A stretch of 64,000 nt of DNA, taken from assembly GCF_009914755.1 (NCBI RefSeq), contig NC_060941.1; one strand, given 5' to 3'. The position numbers and the translations under genes are program-made. The stretch comes from the human T2T-CHM13v2.0 reference genome, Homo sapiens. Every line of letters starts with the position of its first letter. Position 1 is the stretch's first letter. This document shows positions 37,920 through 56,783 of the stretch, piece by piece. A model generated the notes under the pieces. It worked only from the letters and a program-made list of their open reading frames with translations, did not search any database and was not told where the DNA came from.

Positions 37920-38279
37920 TGATACGGTTTGGCTCTGTGTCCCAACTCAAATCTCATGTCAAATTGTAATCCCCACGTGTTGATGGAGGAGCCTGGTGGA
38001 AAGTTTTTGGATCAAGGTGGCAGCCTTCTCCCTTGCTGTTCTCATGAGATCTGGTTGGTTGACGGAGTATAGCACCTCCCACTTCAGTCTCTCTCCTGCT
38101 GCCATGTGAAGAAGGTGCTTGCTTCCCCTTTGCCTTCCGCCATGATTGTAAGTTTCCTGAGGCCTCACAGCCATGCTTCCTGTTAAGCCTATGGACTGTG
38201 AGTCAATTAAACCTCTTTTCTTCATAAATTACTCAGTCTCAGGTAGTGTTTTATAGCAGTGTGAGAACGAACTAATACA
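37920..38279 (+). mobile_element. MSTA/THE1D-like MaLR solo LTR
   Basis: TGATACGGTTTGGCTCTGTGTCCC..AAATCTCATG; ends ACTAATACA; 5-bp TSD catac/tatac. Confidence 0.9.
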
Positions 38280-38817
38280 TATACTGATAAGGTTTCTCAG
38301 CCCTAAAGAGGAATACAATGTATGTATATTATCCCTCTGGTGAAGAGAGAAGACACTTAATACGCATTTGTCAAATAAATGAACGGTGACTCACTTTTTT
38401 TTTAAGACAATTAATTTTTACAGGGCACACTCTTAGGCAAGACTTCTGGTACATGATCTCACAACAACATCAAAGTCCAAAATTAATCAAGAAAGTAAGT
38501 GCAGCTGCTGTTCTAGGAGGCTGGAGAGACATTGGGTGATTAGGCTGGCAGGAGACCTAGTGGGTCTAGTGGGTGCTCACCCTGAGATGATCTCCTCTCC
38601 CTAATGCTTATTCATTCTCTTCTCTTGAAGAGGCTTCCCATCTTTGAGCCTTTGCTGGGCAGGATTTTGGTTACTGTGCTGAAATAGCGAGGGGGACTGG
38701 TGGAGTGAGGGCAAGATCCTTACAGGATGTGAAGGATGTGGGTAGGCTGAAAGAGGTAGAAATTAACCAGGAGTGAAAAAAAAAAAAAAAAACAAGCAAA
38801 AGAAATTAACCAGGAGT

Positions 38818-39179
<362 letters not shown>

Positions 39180-39419
39180 TTAGAGAGCATGCCTACTGAT
39201 TCTACTCTAATTCACCTGCAAATCCACATCCACGCAGACCCTATGGATCTAACATTGTAGCCCTGAATTACATAAAATCTTGAAACTTTTTTAAAAAAAG
39301 ATTTATGTATATTTCTCACCCTTGAGAGAATATCAGTTACCGAAGAGTTAAAAATATCTCTTACTTTTTTCTACCCACCACAAAACTTACTTCCTTAAGG
39401 ATAAAAACCTCGGGAACTA

Positions 39420-39956
<537 letters not shown>

Positions 39957-40118
39957 TCATACCTGTTTTCATTCCCAGAATAGGACAGAAACTTACTATA
40001 ACTGAGTCAATCAAACATCTTTGAGTTTCCACTGCACCAGGTCTCAGAGCCTTTCTTATGAAAAGAAGCTCACTAGGTCCAATCTTACCTGGCCCCCTGG
40101 GGATACTGTGGGGCTTGA

Positions 40119-40230
40119 TAGGGTAACCATCTGTTCTGGTTTACTCAGGACTGAGGGGTTTCCAGGGATGTGGGACTTTTGGTGTTAACTGGAACAGTCC
40201 TGGGCAAACAAAAATGAGGTGGTCACTCTA
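40119..40230. mobile_element. MER94-like hAT-Blackjack MITE
   Basis: TAGGGTAACCA ... TGGTCACTCTA inverted termini. Confidence 0.65.
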
Positions 40231-40274
40231 CACCACATTGCACACGAAAGAAAGCCAAAGCTCAGGTTACTACC

Positions 40275-40950
40275 TTGCTACTCAATGTGTAGTCCCTGGG
40301 CTTGCAAGGTAGGCACCACGAAGGAGCCTGTTAAAGATGCAAAATCTAGCAGGGTGTAATGGCTCATGCTTATAATCCCAGCACTTTCGGAGGCTGAGGT
40401 AAAAGGATTGCTTGAGCCTGGGAGGCGGAGGTTTCAGTGAGCTATGATCACGTCACTGCACTCTAGCCTGGGCAACAGAGCAAGACCCTGTCTCAAAAAA
40501 AAAAAAAAAAAAAAAAAAAAAAGATGCAGAATCTCGGCTAGGTGTAGTGGCTTGCGCGTATAATCCCAGTGCTTTGGGAGGCTGAGGTGGGTTGATCACT
40601 TGAGATCAGGAGTTCGAGACTGGTCTGGCCAACATGGTGAAACCTCATCTCTACTAAAACTACAAAAATTAACCAGGTGTGGTGGCAGGAGCCTGTAACC
40701 CCAGCTACTCAGGAGGCTGAGGCAGGAGAACTGCTTGAACCTAGGGGGCAGAGGTTGCAGTGAGCCAAAATTGCACCACTGCACTCCAGTCTGGGCAGCA
40801 GAGTGAGACTCTGTCTCAAAAAAAAAAAAAAAAAAAAAAAAAAAAGATGTAGAATCTCAAATCTCAAGCCCCACCTTGATCTGATGAATGAGAACCCACA
40901 TTTCAACCTGATTCCTGGGGACCTGTGCCCATCGGGTGTGAGGAACATAG
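40275..40950 (+). mobile_element. MER5-like element containing an Alu monomer (40348-40522) and an Alu (40536-40845) in tandem
   Basis: GCTACTCAATGTGTAGTCC..; three copies of aaagatgcagaatct. Confidence 0.75.
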
Positions 40951-41203
40951 GGTTATTAGATAAAATTTGTTCCTTCAGCATCCATGAGTCTGTGCATGTG
41001 CTATTTTATTTTGACTGTTTCAATATCAGAAGAAACCATCCAAAATTGGTGCCAAGTGAATTATAGCTTTTTATGACCATTTACAACACCACACTGCAAG
41101 AAGGCTAAAGAGTGATTTTGTTTCCTCTCTTCATTCTCTTCTCCAGATTTCAAGAAACAGAATGCAGCAGTCCAGAACATTTTGACTCTAGTGGTTGCTT
41201 TGC

Positions 41204-41421
41204 CAGGATTTCTCAACCTGAGCGCCACTGGCATTCTGCGCGGCACATTCCTTGCTGTGGGGCTGTCCTGTGCATGGTAGGATGTTTGGCAGCATCCCTG
41301 GCCTCTGCCTACTAGATGCACCTGTTATTGCACCTCCTCCCAGTTGTGACAGCCAAAAATGTCTCCAGACATTGCCCGATGTCTCCTAAGGGGCCAAACA
41401 GCCCCCAGTCAAGAACCACTG
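41204..41421. mobile_element. MER20 hAT-Charlie MITE
   Basis: GGGCTGTCCTGTGCAT..AGCATCCCTGGCCTC..CCAAAAATGTCTCCAGACATTGCC. Confidence 0.88.
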
Positions 41422-41518
41422 GCTTAGACAAAGAAGACATGCTCATGGAAATAAGAGCCAAAAGCAGACATGAGGGAGCTTGTGCTTGCCAGGAGTTTGT
41501 TAAAGTCTTGAAAACTAT

Positions 41519-41966
<448 letters not shown>

Positions 41967-42694
41967 TCAAGCCGTCTGCCCCACCACTTACAGCTGCTCT
42001 TTGTTATTTCAGCCACAGAGTGCAAGAAAGACCTTTTGCCGTTTTATTAGTGTGCCATGCTGAACGATATTAGAGGTTTCCTAGCAGCATTGTTAAAAAA
42101 AAAAAAAAAAAAAGACTGAGTAGTTGACGTTAGAATCACCAGAGTGAACCATCTGGCTCAGTCCCCCACCATCATCACATGAGGCAGAAGGCCATACCAG
42201 ATGGGGCACTTGCAGAGCTGGTCCCTGCTGTGAGCAGGTGCTGTTTAGTGTCTGGGTAGCCCCAGGAGGCTTATGGACTGAGAAACCATTCCCATCTCTG
42301 CCTCCGGGCTGGCCTGGGCCACACCCTTCCTCAAGGCATGTAAAGGAGGTTAACTACTCCATTTGTCAATTTTAAGATGCACTTTCTCCTCCCTGCTCCC
42401 ACCCCCAGTTCAGCATCTTGGAAATCTGGATTCATCTTACAGCAATAGGACAATGGCCATCATACAGGTATAAGGTGGGATGCAGCCATCAGGGCCTGAC
42501 GACGCGCCAATGTCAAAAGCACCTGCAAAAAACTCTCAGGATAGTCCAGAAGGTTTGGAGGGAAATCCAAGAGGAGTGCCCTTTTGGCCCATAAAAGACT
42601 GATGGTCATAGAGAACGGGCAAGGAGGCAGGGAATTGGATGTCTTCAGAAACATTCCTGAAGGCGCAGAGTGGGCCAACCCTACTCTGCATGAG

Positions 42695-43510
<816 letters not shown>

Positions 43511-43793
43511 ATTTGACTTAAATCAACGAACTTGGCTTAAATCGATATTAGCAACAATTATTAGCAACAATGGCCTTTAGTTCTTTTAAGGAATCTTTTA
43601 AGAAATGTTACATCATGGATACTGTAGACAAAGACGATAATATATGAAAAAATACTATCTCAAGTACTCTGACTTGAAAAGTGATAGAGAAGCATCAGAC
43701 TCAAATATGAGAAAGTTTGAGGAAGCGATTCCTCTTCTAAATATTATATTTCCTTTATATGCATGCAAAATGTATATTTATATGTATGCATAG

Positions 43794-44140
<347 letters not shown>

Positions 44141-44299
44141 ATAAAAGAGCTCTTTTAATAAGTAAAAATTAAATATTCTAAGTATAAGCAAGTATTCGAG
44201 TTTTGAACTATACACTTTTTCTTTCTTGACGGTTCACAAAATACTGCATCCTTGGGTTGGCAGAGTCTTAGGTTCCATAAAATGTGGAATTCTACTGTG

Positions 44300-44680
44300 T
44301 AACTTTGCCTCACCTAACCTAACTCTTTTGTGATACAGTTTAAACCTTCTCAACAAGGCCACATTGCAGCTATCTACATGATAGTGTGTTCCGTACTCAA
44401 AGATCATTAATCGGCCTTTTCTCAGATTTATTTTCCCCCACTTGGCTCTTCCTCTGACCCTACGGTAGGTAGTCCCATTTCCTAATGCTCTCATCACGGT
44501 GGCTTCTTTCTGCATTCTCTCCAACTAATCGATGCTCCTCTCCAATTCCAGCATGTCTAAAACAAAATATGGGATAAGTGGCTGGGCTAAGTTTGACATC
44601 TGGACCACAGCTGTGCACTGCTGGAAGAGGGTGGCTTCCACCCATGACAATGAACTGACACAGAGCATCTGTTAGGGCCT
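44300..44680 (-). mobile_element. CR1/L3 ORF2 C-terminal relic
   Basis: Translates SAQLWS...SID*LERMQKEATVMRALGN..TY, resembling CR1 YCVQFWS..DIDKLERVQRRATKMIRGLENL.Y. Confidence 0.6.
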
Positions 44681-44727
44681 GGGAATCAGAAACCAGCCTC
44701 TCTGTTGTACCTAGGACCCCAGGGTCC

Positions 44728-45034
44728 TTTTTTTATTTTTATTTTTATTTTCTGAGGCAGAGTCTCACTCTGTTGCCCAGGCTGGAGAGCAGCGGTGCAG
44801 TCTTGGCTCACTGCAACCCCGCATCCCGGGTTCAAGCAATTCTCCTGCCTCAGCCACCCGAGTAGCTGGGACTACAGGCACACACCACCACGCCCGGCTA
44901 ATTTCTTTTCGTATTTTTTGTAGAGACGGGGTTTTGCCATGTTGGCCAGGCTGGTCTTGAACTCCTGGCCTCAAGCAATCCACCCCTCCTCAGCCTCCAA
45001 AAGTGCTGAGATTACAGGCATTGAGCCCCTGGCC
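44728..45034 (-). mobile_element. Alu
   Basis: Antisense consensus; TSD ccccaggg. Confidence 0.9.
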
Positions 45035-45807
45035 CCCCAGGGTTCTTAAGTCATGAAAACAGAGAAAGTGATAAGACATCCACATGATAAGCAGCCCCAA
45101 TTCTTCCTGGCAGTCAGATTTCTTTCTCTTCTTGTATGCCTTCTTTGGGCCTGAGCGCTGAGCTTCCTGCATGATCTTACAGGAATTGACTAGACACTAA
45201 AATAATTGCTTTGCAGCAAGATAGAGCCAATCCAGAGGGAATCGAGACATGAGTCTGGTGGTTGACATCACGCAAGTTTATGGAGGGAGCTATGTGTTTC
45301 ACAGAGCGACAATGGCTCAGCCCGCCAGCCTGGCCTCCTGAAGCCAGCGCCAGCCTGGAAGGAGAGACCGTCCCTTCTCCCTCTTCGGGCATCAGATGAT
45401 AAGAAAGTCCTGCTGCCAGGATGAACTTCAGGAACTTGAGGATCAGTAAGATGGTGGCTCCTGCACAACGGGGTTGCTTTTAAACAGAGGTGATCATTAA
45501 ACATTCACCGAATGAAGGAGTCATGGATAAGGATGTGGATCTTGGGATCAGCGTGTGAAAACAAATAACTTGTAGGTATTTCATTTATTTGTTTTCAATG
45601 GTAGGGGGGCAGGGAAAGGGGTTGTGGTGTTTGTTTGGTCTGTCTTCCCTATGAGCATGTCAGCTCCAGAGTAGGAAGACAATGGTGATATCGTTCAGCC
45701 TGGTATATCCAGCACCTAAAGAAATAAATCCAGAGTAGGCACTCAATAAATAAATTTGCCAACTTCGCCAGTGAATTTATTGGTTCAAAGATGTCCCTCT
45801 CTCTTAG

Positions 45808-46285
<478 letters not shown>

Positions 46286-46801
46286 TAAAGTGCACAAAGC
46301 CCGAATAACAGGCCTGGGAACACTTGGTGGCAGGAGGCCACAAATCCCTTAAATGTCAAGGAAGAGGCACAGCAGAGCGTCAGCTTCTCTGAGTCCAAGG
46401 CTGAACCACAACATCACCCACCAGTGGAAGCACCACCGCTTTCCAAACCTGACCTGTAACAGGGACTCTACTGCCCATCGATTAAAAGTGTGGTGTCTTT
46501 TTCCAGAGAATTGCTACCCAGTAGCTTTAGCTTTGCCTCTGAGGTCTCATCAATCCTTTCCCTCTTATGTAAAAGCAGCATTCAGGTCCTCTCCGCAACT
46601 TTTCCCTCCTTGCACCTAAAAATCTGTTTTTCCAACCGTTCCTCCTTTGACCAAGCCCAGGCCCTCACCACCCACTAGGTCTCCTCTCTCAGCTCTCCAC
46701 TCTCAACACGCTCTCACAGAGTGTGCTGAGGCTTGAGTGCCCTGACGAGAACGTGAAGCCTTGGGCCTCCCTGCTTCCTGTGGGCACAATGGCTCTGTCT
46801 A

Positions 46802-47325
<524 letters not shown>

Positions 47326-47424
47326 AAATGAAGTAAAATCCTCCTCCTTCTATCTTCACCAACAGAGGTAACCACTGCAAACAGCTTGGATAGTTCCTTC
47401 TAAAATGTTTTACTGTCATATGCA

Positions 47425-47570
47425 AACATATATAGATATAGATGTATACACACATACATACACATACATATACACACGTTTATATCTATATAAATACACC
47501 CAAATGTATGCACACATATACACATATAACTTCTAATTATTTAGTTACATGTATTTCTGTATATGTACTT
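47425..47570. repeat. TA/CA-rich low-complexity repeat
   Basis: acatacatacacatacatata runs. Confidence 0.75.
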
Positions 47571-47843
47571 AAAGAAATGTAAATTTATAAGTATAGATAA
47601 AATTATGTGAGCTACAATTACATTAATTATATAATTACTAAATTATACTATCATCTTTTATTACATAGATCTTACTCTGGAACTTGTCTTTTTCACTTGA
47701 GTGGCATATCATAGATACTTTCCCAAGGGGCTTCACACCACTCTCCCTCTTCCTTTTTTGTCGTGTCTGTGGTGCTCCATTTGGAGCTGGGCTGTGTTAA
47801 AATTGGCCAGTCCCCTCCCGAAGGACTTTGAAGATGTTTTTAA

Positions 47844-48324
<481 letters not shown>

Positions 48325-48751
48325 TCTAACGACTATTCTTAGGCACCTATCTTTAAGCACCAAGGAAGGTATTTCTACAGGACCCATTCCAAGAAATGCA
48401 AACTGGGCCATAGGGTGTGTGCATGTTTCATTTTGATAGATATTGCCAAATTACACTCCTGAAAGCGTTCTCCAAATTTCACTTCCATTACCAGTGACTT
48501 GGAATTCTTTTTTCCCCTCAAATCTGATAGGTAAAAAATAGCACCTCACTGGTATCTTCCCCCAGTGGTTGAGGCCTTCCTGTGTGCTAATGCACCAGCC
48601 ATATCCTCAGAAAGGCAGGTGGAACGGTGGTTCAGCACAGGAGCCCCGCTGTCCAACGGCCAGGATTCTAGCATACTTCTGCCTGTTATTAACTAGTACC
48701 TCCATTTCATCTACAAAATGGGCAAACTCATAGTGCTGATGTGATGTATGA

Positions 48752-49140
<389 letters not shown>

Positions 49141-49399
49141 AGAATTCTACATTCTCTACAGAACCCACCTCTCTCTCAACTCTCCCAACCACCAATTTCA
49201 CTTCTGTGTCCTCCACTCTTCTTTGCCTTTCTCTCCAATTCGCAGGGCCTTTTGCTCTCCTCCATAATCCTTTTGATCCTCCTGACCACACTCTTTTTCC
49301 TCACTATGGCAACCCACTGCACATACCTTTCCCTCTGTTGGAACCCACACCTCACTGGGCTCTAGCCCCCGTGGGCAGATCTTGAGCCCACCTAGCTTG

Positions 49400-49760
49400 C
49401 CCAAGCATTATGGTGAATGCCTTGCTAAAATCCCAACTTGCCATGCTCATGACATTCACCCCATCTACCCCATCTACCTGCCAACTAAGCCAGCAGAGAA
49501 AATAAATGATCGAGCCTCCACAGCTTAGCCTGCACTTCAATAAATAAAGATGTGCAATGAGATTTGGACCTGTTGCCATCCAATTGCTAACCTCCATCCC
49601 CAAATCCAGAGCTGAGAAGCAAAAGACAAGACAATTAGTCCTGGAACAGGCTCTGCTGGCCAGCAGAAGAGGTCAGCAGTGGTATTGAGCAGTACCAAAG
49701 CTGCTTTATGATAATTCTTCAGCTGGGTACAATGACCTTTCATTCCATGTTTATTTGGAA
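49400..49760 (-). mobile_element. CR1/L3 reverse-transcriptase relic
   Basis: Translates KGHCTQLKNYH... and WDFSKAF, resembling CR1 KG....GNYRP and YLDFSKAFD. Confidence 0.55.
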
Positions 49761-50576
49761 ATGACCTTTAAGCAGCAATCATCCAAAATTAAATGCTCCA
49801 AAGGAATAAATTAGATAATGCAGATGTCCCCCAGTGGTCAGTTAAGGAGTACAGTGGAAAATAAAAGCAGCTCTGCCCGGGGATGCCACGGGCTAGTCTG
49901 TCCATTAGACTAATAAGCGAATACAGAGTTCTCGCAACCTCTGTCAATCAGAAAATTGAGAACCTGAAGCCAGAGTGACCTAGACATGATTATTTTCAAA
50001 ATTGAACCCAAACTAGCTGATATTTCACTTTTTGATTCTGCCTGGAGCACAGGTAACTGAGTTACTTGAATGCCCAAGAATTGATTTAGCATCTCAGGGA
50101 GAAAGAATCCCGAAGATTTGGGTTCAGTGGCAACTTGGTAAGCTCCACGTGCCCCATCCCAGCCTCATTCCAATGGAAGACATCATTCATTTGTGCTGAC
50201 TCATTATGAGCATCTACCACACACTGGGTTCTTTGCTAAGTGCTGGAGAAAATTCAGCCCCTCAAGGTCAAAGACAGAGGCAGGCAACTGAGCTTTTGGG
50301 CCTGCAGGAGGCACGGCCCTCTCCACCATGGGAACATCTCATTTCTGTTCTCATTTTCTACTCTGCAGGCTCTGTTCTTTTTTTCCCACTCAATATCAGT
50401 TTATCCATTTTCCTCTTTCTTGCTTATATTTAATTTGACCAATGATGGCACTCCCAGATAGCACAATGGGTGATGCTTGGAACTTAACAAATCATTCTTC
50501 CTAAAGTAGAAAGCATCTGAAAAGAGAACTTCAGCACCAAGGCCTTTGGCCTCCTCTGCCACCTGCTCAGTGAATC

Positions 50577-50869
50577 TTTTTTTTTTTTTTTTTTTTTTTT
50601 TGAGACGGAGTCTCGCTGTGTCACTCAGGCTGGAGTGCAGTGGCGTGATCTCAGCTCACTCCTGGGTTCACGCCATTCTCCTGCCTCAGCCTCCCAAGTA
50701 GCTGGGACTACAGGTGCCCACCACCATGCCCAGCTAATTTTTCCTATTTTTAGTAGAGATGGGGTTTTACCGTATTAGCCAAGATGGTCTCCATCTCCTG
50801 ACCTCGTGATCTGCCCACCTCGGCCTCCCAAAGTGCTGGGATTACAGGCGTGAGCCACCACACCCAGCC
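50577..50869 (-). mobile_element. AluY-like
   Basis: TSD ctcagtgaatctt. Confidence 0.92.
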
Positions 50870-51104
50870 AACTCAGTGAATCTTAAAATCACTTGGATCA
50901 CAATCCCAGGGCAAGGATCTCTTTCCTACCCTAGGGGATCCACTGGAGGGATCCATGAGAGGAGATCCGAAGAGACAGGGAGGAAAGAGACTGCTTTCCT
51001 CCCACAAAAGCAGTTTCCACAACCTCCCCTGGTCACCTCAACTGGCCCATAACACCTATCACTGCTCCCAAAGCAAAGGCTGCCATACCAAAGGCCTTAC
51101 ATTG

Positions 51105-51475
<371 letters not shown>

Positions 51476-51719
51476 CTACCTTAGGAACAGCAGTGGGAAG
51501 GCAGGGCTTCAGGAGACAACCTCCAGAGGCCCAGCCAGGCAGCGAAGGGGATGGAAATGAAACTATAGCATGTGCAGTGGTGGGAACACTGCCTGGAAAT
51601 CCCAACCCCAGTTCAGATTTGAAGCTTCACTAACTCACTGAGCCAAGTCACGTCACCCTCTGCTTCTTATAATGAATGGAACCCGAGTAAGTCCTAAGCT
51701 GCAAAAAATCTGTGATCAT

Positions 51720-52559
<840 letters not shown>

Positions 52560-52560
<1 letters not shown>

Positions 52561-52850
52561 TTTTGTCTTTTTTTCCTTTTTGTGGAGAATGGGATCTCGC
52601 TATATTGCCCAGGTAAGTCTCAAACTCCTGGGCTCAAGCTATCCTCCCGCCTCTGCCTCCCTAAAAGCTGGGATTACAGGCATGAGCCACCATGCCCGGC
52701 CTCACCTTAATTTATTATTATTAATTTATTAATTTATTTTAGACACAGGGTCTGGCTCCGTCATCCAGGCTAGAATGCAGTGGTGCAATCATAGCTCGTT
52801 GCAGCCTTAACTCCTGGACTCAAGGTTATAGGCATGAGCCACGGACCCTG
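52560..52850 (-). mobile_element. Two partial Alu/FLAM fragments
   Basis: Antisense left monomer and a deleted AluJ. Confidence 0.7.
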
Positions 52851-53239
52851 CCCCCTTACTTCATTTTTTTTTTAAGTCTGGTGAGTAGGCTTACAATAGC
52901 TGGCTCCGACTGGGTTTCTGCAGAAGCCTTACCTGGGAAGGGTCGTAAGAAGGGCCACTCCCTCTATTTCTATTCTGGAACCCCTGACGCCACTTTTTTT
53001 CCCCAAACATAGCTAAATTAAGCTCTTTTCTATTTCTCTAGCAGAATTATATGTCTATTTGTTTACTATCTGCCCAAAAAGGCTAACTCCAAGAGGGTAG
53101 TGATTTGTCTGGTTCAACGTAACACCCCACTGTCTAGCCATGGGTGGGCGCTCAATAAATATTTGTGAATGAATAAGTGAATGAAACTATGCAGGTGATC
53201 CTGTTTACCTTTTTTTCTTTTTTTAAAAAATAAAAGCTA

Positions 53240-53860
53240 TAAATGTGTTGGTGGGGATGCGAAATGATGTAGCTGCTATGGAAAACTCGATGGAGATTTC
53301 TCAAAAAATTAAACATAGAATTGCCATATGATCCAGCAATCCCACTTCTGGATATACCCCCAAAAGAATTGAAAACAGGATCTCAAAGAGATATTTGCAC
53401 ACCTTTGTTCATTGCAGCATTATTCACAATAGCCAAGAGGTAGAAGCGACTATATGTCCATCCATGGATGAATGGATAAAGAGAATGTGGTCTGTGCTTA
53501 CAACAGCGTCTTAGCCTTAAAAAGGAGGAAAATCCATCTTATGCTACACCATGGAAAAACCTCGAGAACATTATGCGAAGTGCAATAAGCCAGTCACAGA
53601 AGAACAAATACCACACGACGCACCGCTTATATCGAGGCATCCAAAGCAGTCAAGTTTGTAGAAACAAAGTAGAATGGTGATTGCTAGGGGCTGGGGAAGA
53701 GGGGGAAAAGGGGAGTTATTTAACGGATATAGAGTTTCAGTTTCGTAATATAAAACATCCTAGAGATCTTTTGCACATGATGTGCATATAGTTACCATTA
53801 TGGTACTACATACTTAAAAATAGTTACGATGGTAAATTCTACATTATGTGTTTTTACAAT
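53240..53860 (+). mobile_element. L1MA-like 3' fragment
   Basis: ATATGATCCAGCAATCCCACTTCTGG; GTAGAATGGTGATTGCTAGGGGCTG. Confidence 0.85.
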
Positions 53861-54332
53861 TTTATGAAGCTATAGACACACGTATACATGAATGTATAAT
53901 TATACATCTTTAATTTTTTTGTGTTCTTAAACCAGCCTGTGAGAGGGTAGCTGAACCCGTGAGAGCTCTGCTGCCTGGTTTTGAGTAGGGACTATCCTGG
54001 TGGGTGAGGCTTTGGACAGCAATGCCCTTGAGGAGAGCTGGGCTCCATATCCTGTCTCCAGGAACTCATCAGCACAGATTGGAAAAGTTTATATGGCTAG
54101 ATGAAGTTGCAGGGGGACCATCTGAATAGGCTCATGAAGCAGGAGTCATTAACAAGAAAAGTCAGCTCAAGCGCTCTTTGCCAAGAACTGGCTGTACAAA
54201 ACTCAGTCCAGAAAATATCAACCTTAATTACAAAGTGGGTCTCTCCTGGAGGGCAGTGCTCCTCCCCCGACCCCAAGAACTGGGTTGGAGCCATGGGGGG
54301 CAGGGTGGGTGCTAAACTGCACTAGTTGAAAC

Positions 54333-54411
54333 TTTTTTTTTTTTTTAATGGAAGCAAGTTTATTAAGAAAGTAAAGGAATAAAGATTGGCTACTCCATAG
54401 GCAGAGCAGCC
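54333..54411 (-). mobile_element. Polyadenylated MER41-like LTR R-region retrocopy
   Basis: GGCTGCTCTGCCTATGGAGTAGCC..CTTAATAAACTTGCTTCCATT plus poly(A); TSD tgaaactt. Confidence 0.75.
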
Positions 54412-54464
54412 TGAAACTTCCAAAGAAAGGGAGAAAGAAGGAGTGAACTGGGCCCTCCTAAACG

Positions 54465-55005
<541 letters not shown>

Positions 55006-55854
55006 TAGGGAAAGAAAACGGTGTCCTGTGTAGGGAAGGACATAATGCTTCGCTCCTTATTCAAGGGCCAGTAAATCCCCTGTTCCCTTTTGTTTTCTCC
55101 TGCTGTTCTGCATCCTAGCGCAATCAATTCCCAATTGTGTATGAAGTGCCACGGAAAATCCCCAGCGGCGGTTAATGCAAAAGCATTTATAATTGGTTTC
55201 AGATGCTAATAGGAATCATCTATCTCTCACTACTTCCCCCAGCAGATTTACCTTCTTAATCATGTGTGACTTAGGCTGATGTCAAGATGCATCTGCACTC
55301 CCAGAGCACCCCCTACACCCACCAGCTGCAAGGCAGAAAGGCAGGGGTGAATGCAGAAGTGATCTAAAGTGGCGGGCGGGGGGGGAGGGCGCACACCAAA
55401 AAAAACGGGTGGCATTACCCTGTGAGGAAGCACAGGGCCCAGCCAAAGCTGCAATACAAATAAGAAATAAGGGTTCTCTCTAGAACGGTTACTCTTAAAC
55501 TGCTCTACCATTTTCACGGCCTCTCTCTGTCCATCATGGCAGCTCCTGGGGTTGTTGCTTGCAGAGCTGTGTAGCCTGCTGATAGCATTATGGTCAGTGG
55601 GCAGACCAGGGGAGGACTCTCTAGGATCCCCCAGCTGGTGCCAGGGAGAGGCATGGGAGGGGTTGAAACTAACTCTCCATCCAAAGACTCTAAAGATGGG
55701 TAGGGTCAATCGGCCTCTCAGGAGATGCTGAAGACTACTTCTTATGGGTTGTGGGCCATGGCCTCAGAATTTAGGAAGTTTACAAACAAGGCAGAGAGAC
55801 CACAGAACATCAAATACTACTACAAGAGCTAATCAAAGAAAGAGAGAGAGAAAT

Positions 55855-56154
55855 GGCTGGGCGCAGTAGCTCAGGCCTATAATCCCAGCACTTTGGGAGG
55901 CTGAGGTAGATGAATAGCTTCAGCCCAGGAGTTCAAGACTAGCCTGGGCAACATGGCAAGACCCTGTTTCTACTAAAAATACAAAAATTAGCCAGACCTG
56001 GTGTCACACACCTGTAGTCCCAGCTACTTGGGAGGCTGAGGTGGGAAGATCAACTTGAGCCCAGGAGATCAAGGATGCAGTTAGCTGTGATCACGCTACT
56101 GCACTCCAGCATGGGTGACAGAGCAAGACCCTATCTCAAAAAAAAAAAAAAAAA

Positions 56155-56162
<8 letters not shown>
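55855..56162 (+). mobile_element. AluJ-type with A/(AG)n tail
   Basis: Consensus. Confidence 0.9.
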
Positions 56163-56185
<23 letters not shown>

Positions 56186-56783
56186 AAGAGGGTAAACAGA
56201 AGACCTGTGCCAATGCAGTCAACAAGAAATTGCCAACTAAGTCACCTCAAACCTTTTATAGAACAAAAGAAGGTATAAGTATTTCTTTCTCATAAGGGCC
56301 AAGAAAGAAATATAGACACATACAATGAATTCAGAGGTAGGAGAGATGGCTCCAGCCAGAGTGGCCCCACAGGGCTTTCTAGAGAAGCAAGCACATGGCC
56401 CAGATCTCAGGGTGAGCAAGACGCCTCCTGTGGCCACTCAAGATGGTCAGAGTCCATCAACCCTGTCACAGGTTCCAAAGCACCCCTGTCAGAAGTTGTT
56501 CTGCATGGACCCTCCAGCCTCTTCTCCATCAGAGCTTTCTAGGCCAAAGAGTAGGAGCAGCAGCCATAGAACCAGTCAAGGAGCTCTGAGCCTCCTCCAG
56601 GCCCAGCTCTGTACAGGGGGGTTTTTTGGTTAATCCTCAAATAACCCCATAGTGTAAGTTTAACCCCTATTCCTAGAACAATACCCAGCATATAATAAGC
56701 TCTCCGGGAATCAGTATTTGTTTATTCATTAACTATATTTTTATTATGTTGAATAACTCCCCATCTTACAGATGGGGAAGGGG

